Positions 60,479 through 64,000 of a stretch of DNA of 64,000 nucleotides are shown in pieces. The notes beneath the pieces were generated by a model. It was not told the origin of the DNA. It did not search any database and saw nothing but the letters and a program-made list of their open reading frames with translations. Position 1 is the first letter of the stretch; the number at the start of each line of letters is the position of its first letter. This DNA comes from Diadema antillarum (lineage: Eukaryota), in NCBI RefSeq assembly GCF_040938485.1, contig NW_027271573.1:124001-188000 (forward strand). The letters run 5' to 3'. Made by a program: the position numbers and the translations under genes.

Positions 60479-63146
60479 GAGGAACTGTGAATGTATATGT
60501 ATAGATATCTTGAAGAATTGATGATGTAGAGTGGGCGAGAGAGTCAAATTATTGTTTACGGCAACCGGCTGTGTCGTTTACAACATCTATATTATGGCGT
60601 GATATAGCATGTATCGCAGTCAATGGGTTAACACGTGAATATTTTGTTGAGGTTTGAAGAAAAGACCTTCATTTTCCCGAACGAAAAAGAGTTTAGAAAG
60701 AGTTTAGATCGTTCTTTCCCAAATGATTTTTATTAACCGGTTACTTCGGGAACATCGACTGCCATGTAATAACGTTTATGGATATTACAACACTGGAGGA
60801 AAAGGGGTTAAGCAAAAACTATACTGTAGGTGTTTTTGGGAAGCTCTGTCCAATGACGAGCACTCTTACGGGCATATTAGAAGGTGTGGATGAGTTATGT
60901 TTCTGATAGATATCAATCCTTATCACAACAAGTGCCGCTTTAATACCGACGCCAGTGTCAGGGCCCGCTGTCGAGTTCAGTGAGGTCTTCCTGGTCTTGT
61001 TCTATTCCCACACCATCTTACACTACTGTGGTTGAAAGAGGCAAGGAGTCTAATTTCTACACTCTGTGTGACATTATTCAGCGCAGTAGAGTATATTTAC
61101 ATAGTAGATGCGCTATACAAATTTATCTAATGATTATTATTATTATTATTTTTCATTTACCATAACAACATTTTCATTTGCCTTTTGAATACCTTGGCTT
61201 TACTTTGTGCCTGATAGATTGAAATAGAATTGTATGATAAATTTAAAATTATTGTTAAGACGCTAAAAATTAATATACAAATATACTATCATATACTAAT
61301 CCCTACTAGATATATCAATAAACAGACTGGATTTAATCAAATCATTGATTTTGCTACAGCCTCTAGGGTAGCGATGAGGGACGGGCGGGAAAAGTTGTAC
61401 TCCTCTTCGGGGGAATATGGAATGCGAACTTTTATATCAATAATGGAAAGTTGGACAGTATGATCATTGTTGCGAAATGCAATCCTGTTTATGTGGTTCA
61501 AAACCTTTGTAAATGAACTTTCTCAACAAACTCTCGAGGATTTCCTTTGGTCAAGCAATTGTCACGAAACGGTCAGGTAGCCCAATAACCTCGCGGACAA
61601 TGGTTGCAAAAGACAGTGTTTGTTTGTTTGTTTGTTTGTTTGTTGTTTTGTCTTTTCTTCGCTGGTTTATCAATCATGTGGCAGTCTCTTAAGAAGTCAT
61701 ATCGATGGGTTTATGAAAGGCTTGCATTCGTAAAAAAAAATGCACGGCGTTTATAACATCAGATTGAATATAGACAGAAATGATATATATTGTTTAAGAT
61801 TCTCTTTACTAGTTGCTCCACCAACAAATGGAAATGGGAAAAGTGCGCAAGGGCAAATTAACAGCGTCAAACAACGAATGACTTGACAAGATTCTGTTCT
61901 AGCACTGTTTCCGAATTGAATACAAAGGAACAAAAGTCCTTCTCAACGACAATCTTCCCTGACTATAAAGTTTAACAACATGTACGATTATTACAAACTT
62001 CAAAGTTATATTCATTGAAGTGCTGAACTAGAACAAGGAGTTTACAGTGACTCATTTCTTCAAAGAACTTGAAAATGAAATAAAAATGTGTCAATTACAC
62101 ATTTTTGAATTTTATTTTAAAGTTAATCGAAGAGACTGTTCTACGATCTGTCTTAAAAATGAAAGAAAAACAACAACATCAAAAAAAAAAAAAAAAACAA
62201 ACCTCAAGTAATCTTTCTGCCCTGCCCTTCTAGGGTAAGTGATACTATTGCAGGCAAAGTTAGGGCGCCTTATTACCCCCCTCTGCGGTTGAGCAATTCG
62301 TCGATATTCCAAGCACTGCTCGGCGGGCCCCGGCCCGGTCGATGGCACCTGTTGCTTGATTTCCCTTTGTCGGTTCTATGCCAACGCATTCGCATGTCTT
62401 TTCTTTTTGTCTCTGGTATGCCGAAGGCTGACACAGACAACTACATTAGCGAAACATTATGGTTGATGTTTGCCGACAGCGGTTAATTATACCGCGGATG
62501 TAGCCGGTCTAGGATGTGTCAAGGGTGCTAAATCAAGGAGGATTTTTACCTACTTTAAATTCGGCTGTCATGATGTAGAGCATGCCGACTTTGGAATGAG
62601 TTGAGCACTCAACTCGGAAGGAAAATTGTAAAGGTAAAAGAAGAAGAGGAGAAGAAGAAGACGAAGACAAGGTAAGAGTAGTTTCTTTTCTTAAACTTAT
62701 ACAGAGACGCAATTAACTCTGCTTCAGCTTAACAACTACTCGGATTTAAAGAGAAAATTTCATCCCCACGAATGACTCAGATAAAGGATTTATTGAAGGG
62801 ATACTACTCGAGGTAACTTCATACCAATTTTGCTCCCCCCCCTTCACCCGCGTACGAGGAATGAAAATCATGCTTAAATCATAATGCAAGTTCACTTGAA
62901 GTTGTTCAACAGGTGCAATGCATATAATCAATTGGGTAATAATCGGGCATTGTCTATTCAACACCCGTACACACACACCATTCCCCTCACACCCCACGGG
63001 AAAAAAAAAAACATATACGAAAACACACACACACAATAGCTTTGTAGTCTGTACTTCTTGCTCTTACGACGGTTGTGTATCCAGTGTGATTAACCCAACT
63101 GGGGCATGCAATAACGTATTCCTACACAAAACACACAATACACACA

Positions 63147-63184
<38 letters not shown>

Positions 63185-64000
63185 GATACACACACGCATA
63201 CACACACAAAATCCACCCCAAATTTCTGGTGCCCTGTATACCTTTTAATTCTATTGCTATACTTGATAATGACTACATACTAGTAATGCAAGAGTGACAG
63301 CCCAAACGGGTGAATGACCTCTGAAACTGGTCTAGAACATTGTTTTCCTTCTTTTTAACATTCATTGTCTTATTTATGATATCTTGCTGTTTGAAATAGC
63401 AAAAAAAGAAAGAAAGAAAGATGCAATTCACCATTAAGAGTAGTGTTTCAGTCGACAATATTGTAGAGATTAAATGGTAAACCAAAGTGAGTCTTTGATC
63501 TTGATAAAGGCTTAAAAATACACCGCAGCCTGTGGACGTTCTTTGTTTTGAGAGGTTTCTATTCCCTTTCTAAACAGTCACACGAGATAAATTAAGATCG
63601 GCAAATTTGCACATTATCAGATTTCTGCGCCGTTTTGTCGCAAACATATTGCTCGAGGAACTGCGGCGGTCGATCTTTTAAGTGACTGCTTGCCACGCAG
63701 ATTTTCCCTGGTTAGAAACGGAATTCTTTAGGGTGTAATTGACTGATAATAGAACAATTCCTTTCTTGATATGTTGACATTTATTTGTTTGATTGTTTTT
63801 TTCTCTCTCACGTAGGATATGTGAGGCAATAGGTAAATCCTGACATTACATTCAGACTTCGGTAATGCTAGCATGATACACAAGTGTATTAGTTACGTCA
63901 GTCACAGTGTCCACGGTGAAAACACAGTCTCCACGATGTCTTCATAGTGAGTTGTATGATGTACATAATAAATGTTTATACGACTGGATAGGGGTTAGAT

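Overview
Eukaryotic (marine invertebrate, most likely echinoderm/sea-urchin-like) draft scaffold with three N gaps. The only host gene I can support is a tachykinin-receptor-like class A GPCR on the minus strand. Its first coding exon (30483-29852, N-terminus to ECL2) is joined by a 27,168-nt phase-2 intron to a 151-nt exon (2683-2533, TM5-ICL3); the TM6/TM7 exons lie beyond the left edge. The rest is intron and about 33 kb of upstream DNA with no recognisable host gene. It is packed with transposon relics: a young 5'-truncated L2/Crack-type LINE with a nearly intact RT ORF, older LINE 3' ends, tRNA-headed SINEs, non-autonomous DNA elements (TTAA piggyBac-like and Kolobok-like, Harbinger-like, foldback) and many microsatellites. 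I found no clearly new biological system. The best leads are: receptor gene architecture (DRY intron absent, two vertebrate intron positions conserved), divergent ligand-pocket residues, a transposon-borne perfect RFX X-box upstream of the gene, a SINE/LINE shared 3' tail, two near-perfect palindromes, candidate recursive splice sites and a possible 5'UTR intron with a uORF. Family assignments come from my motif recognition, not from database searches.
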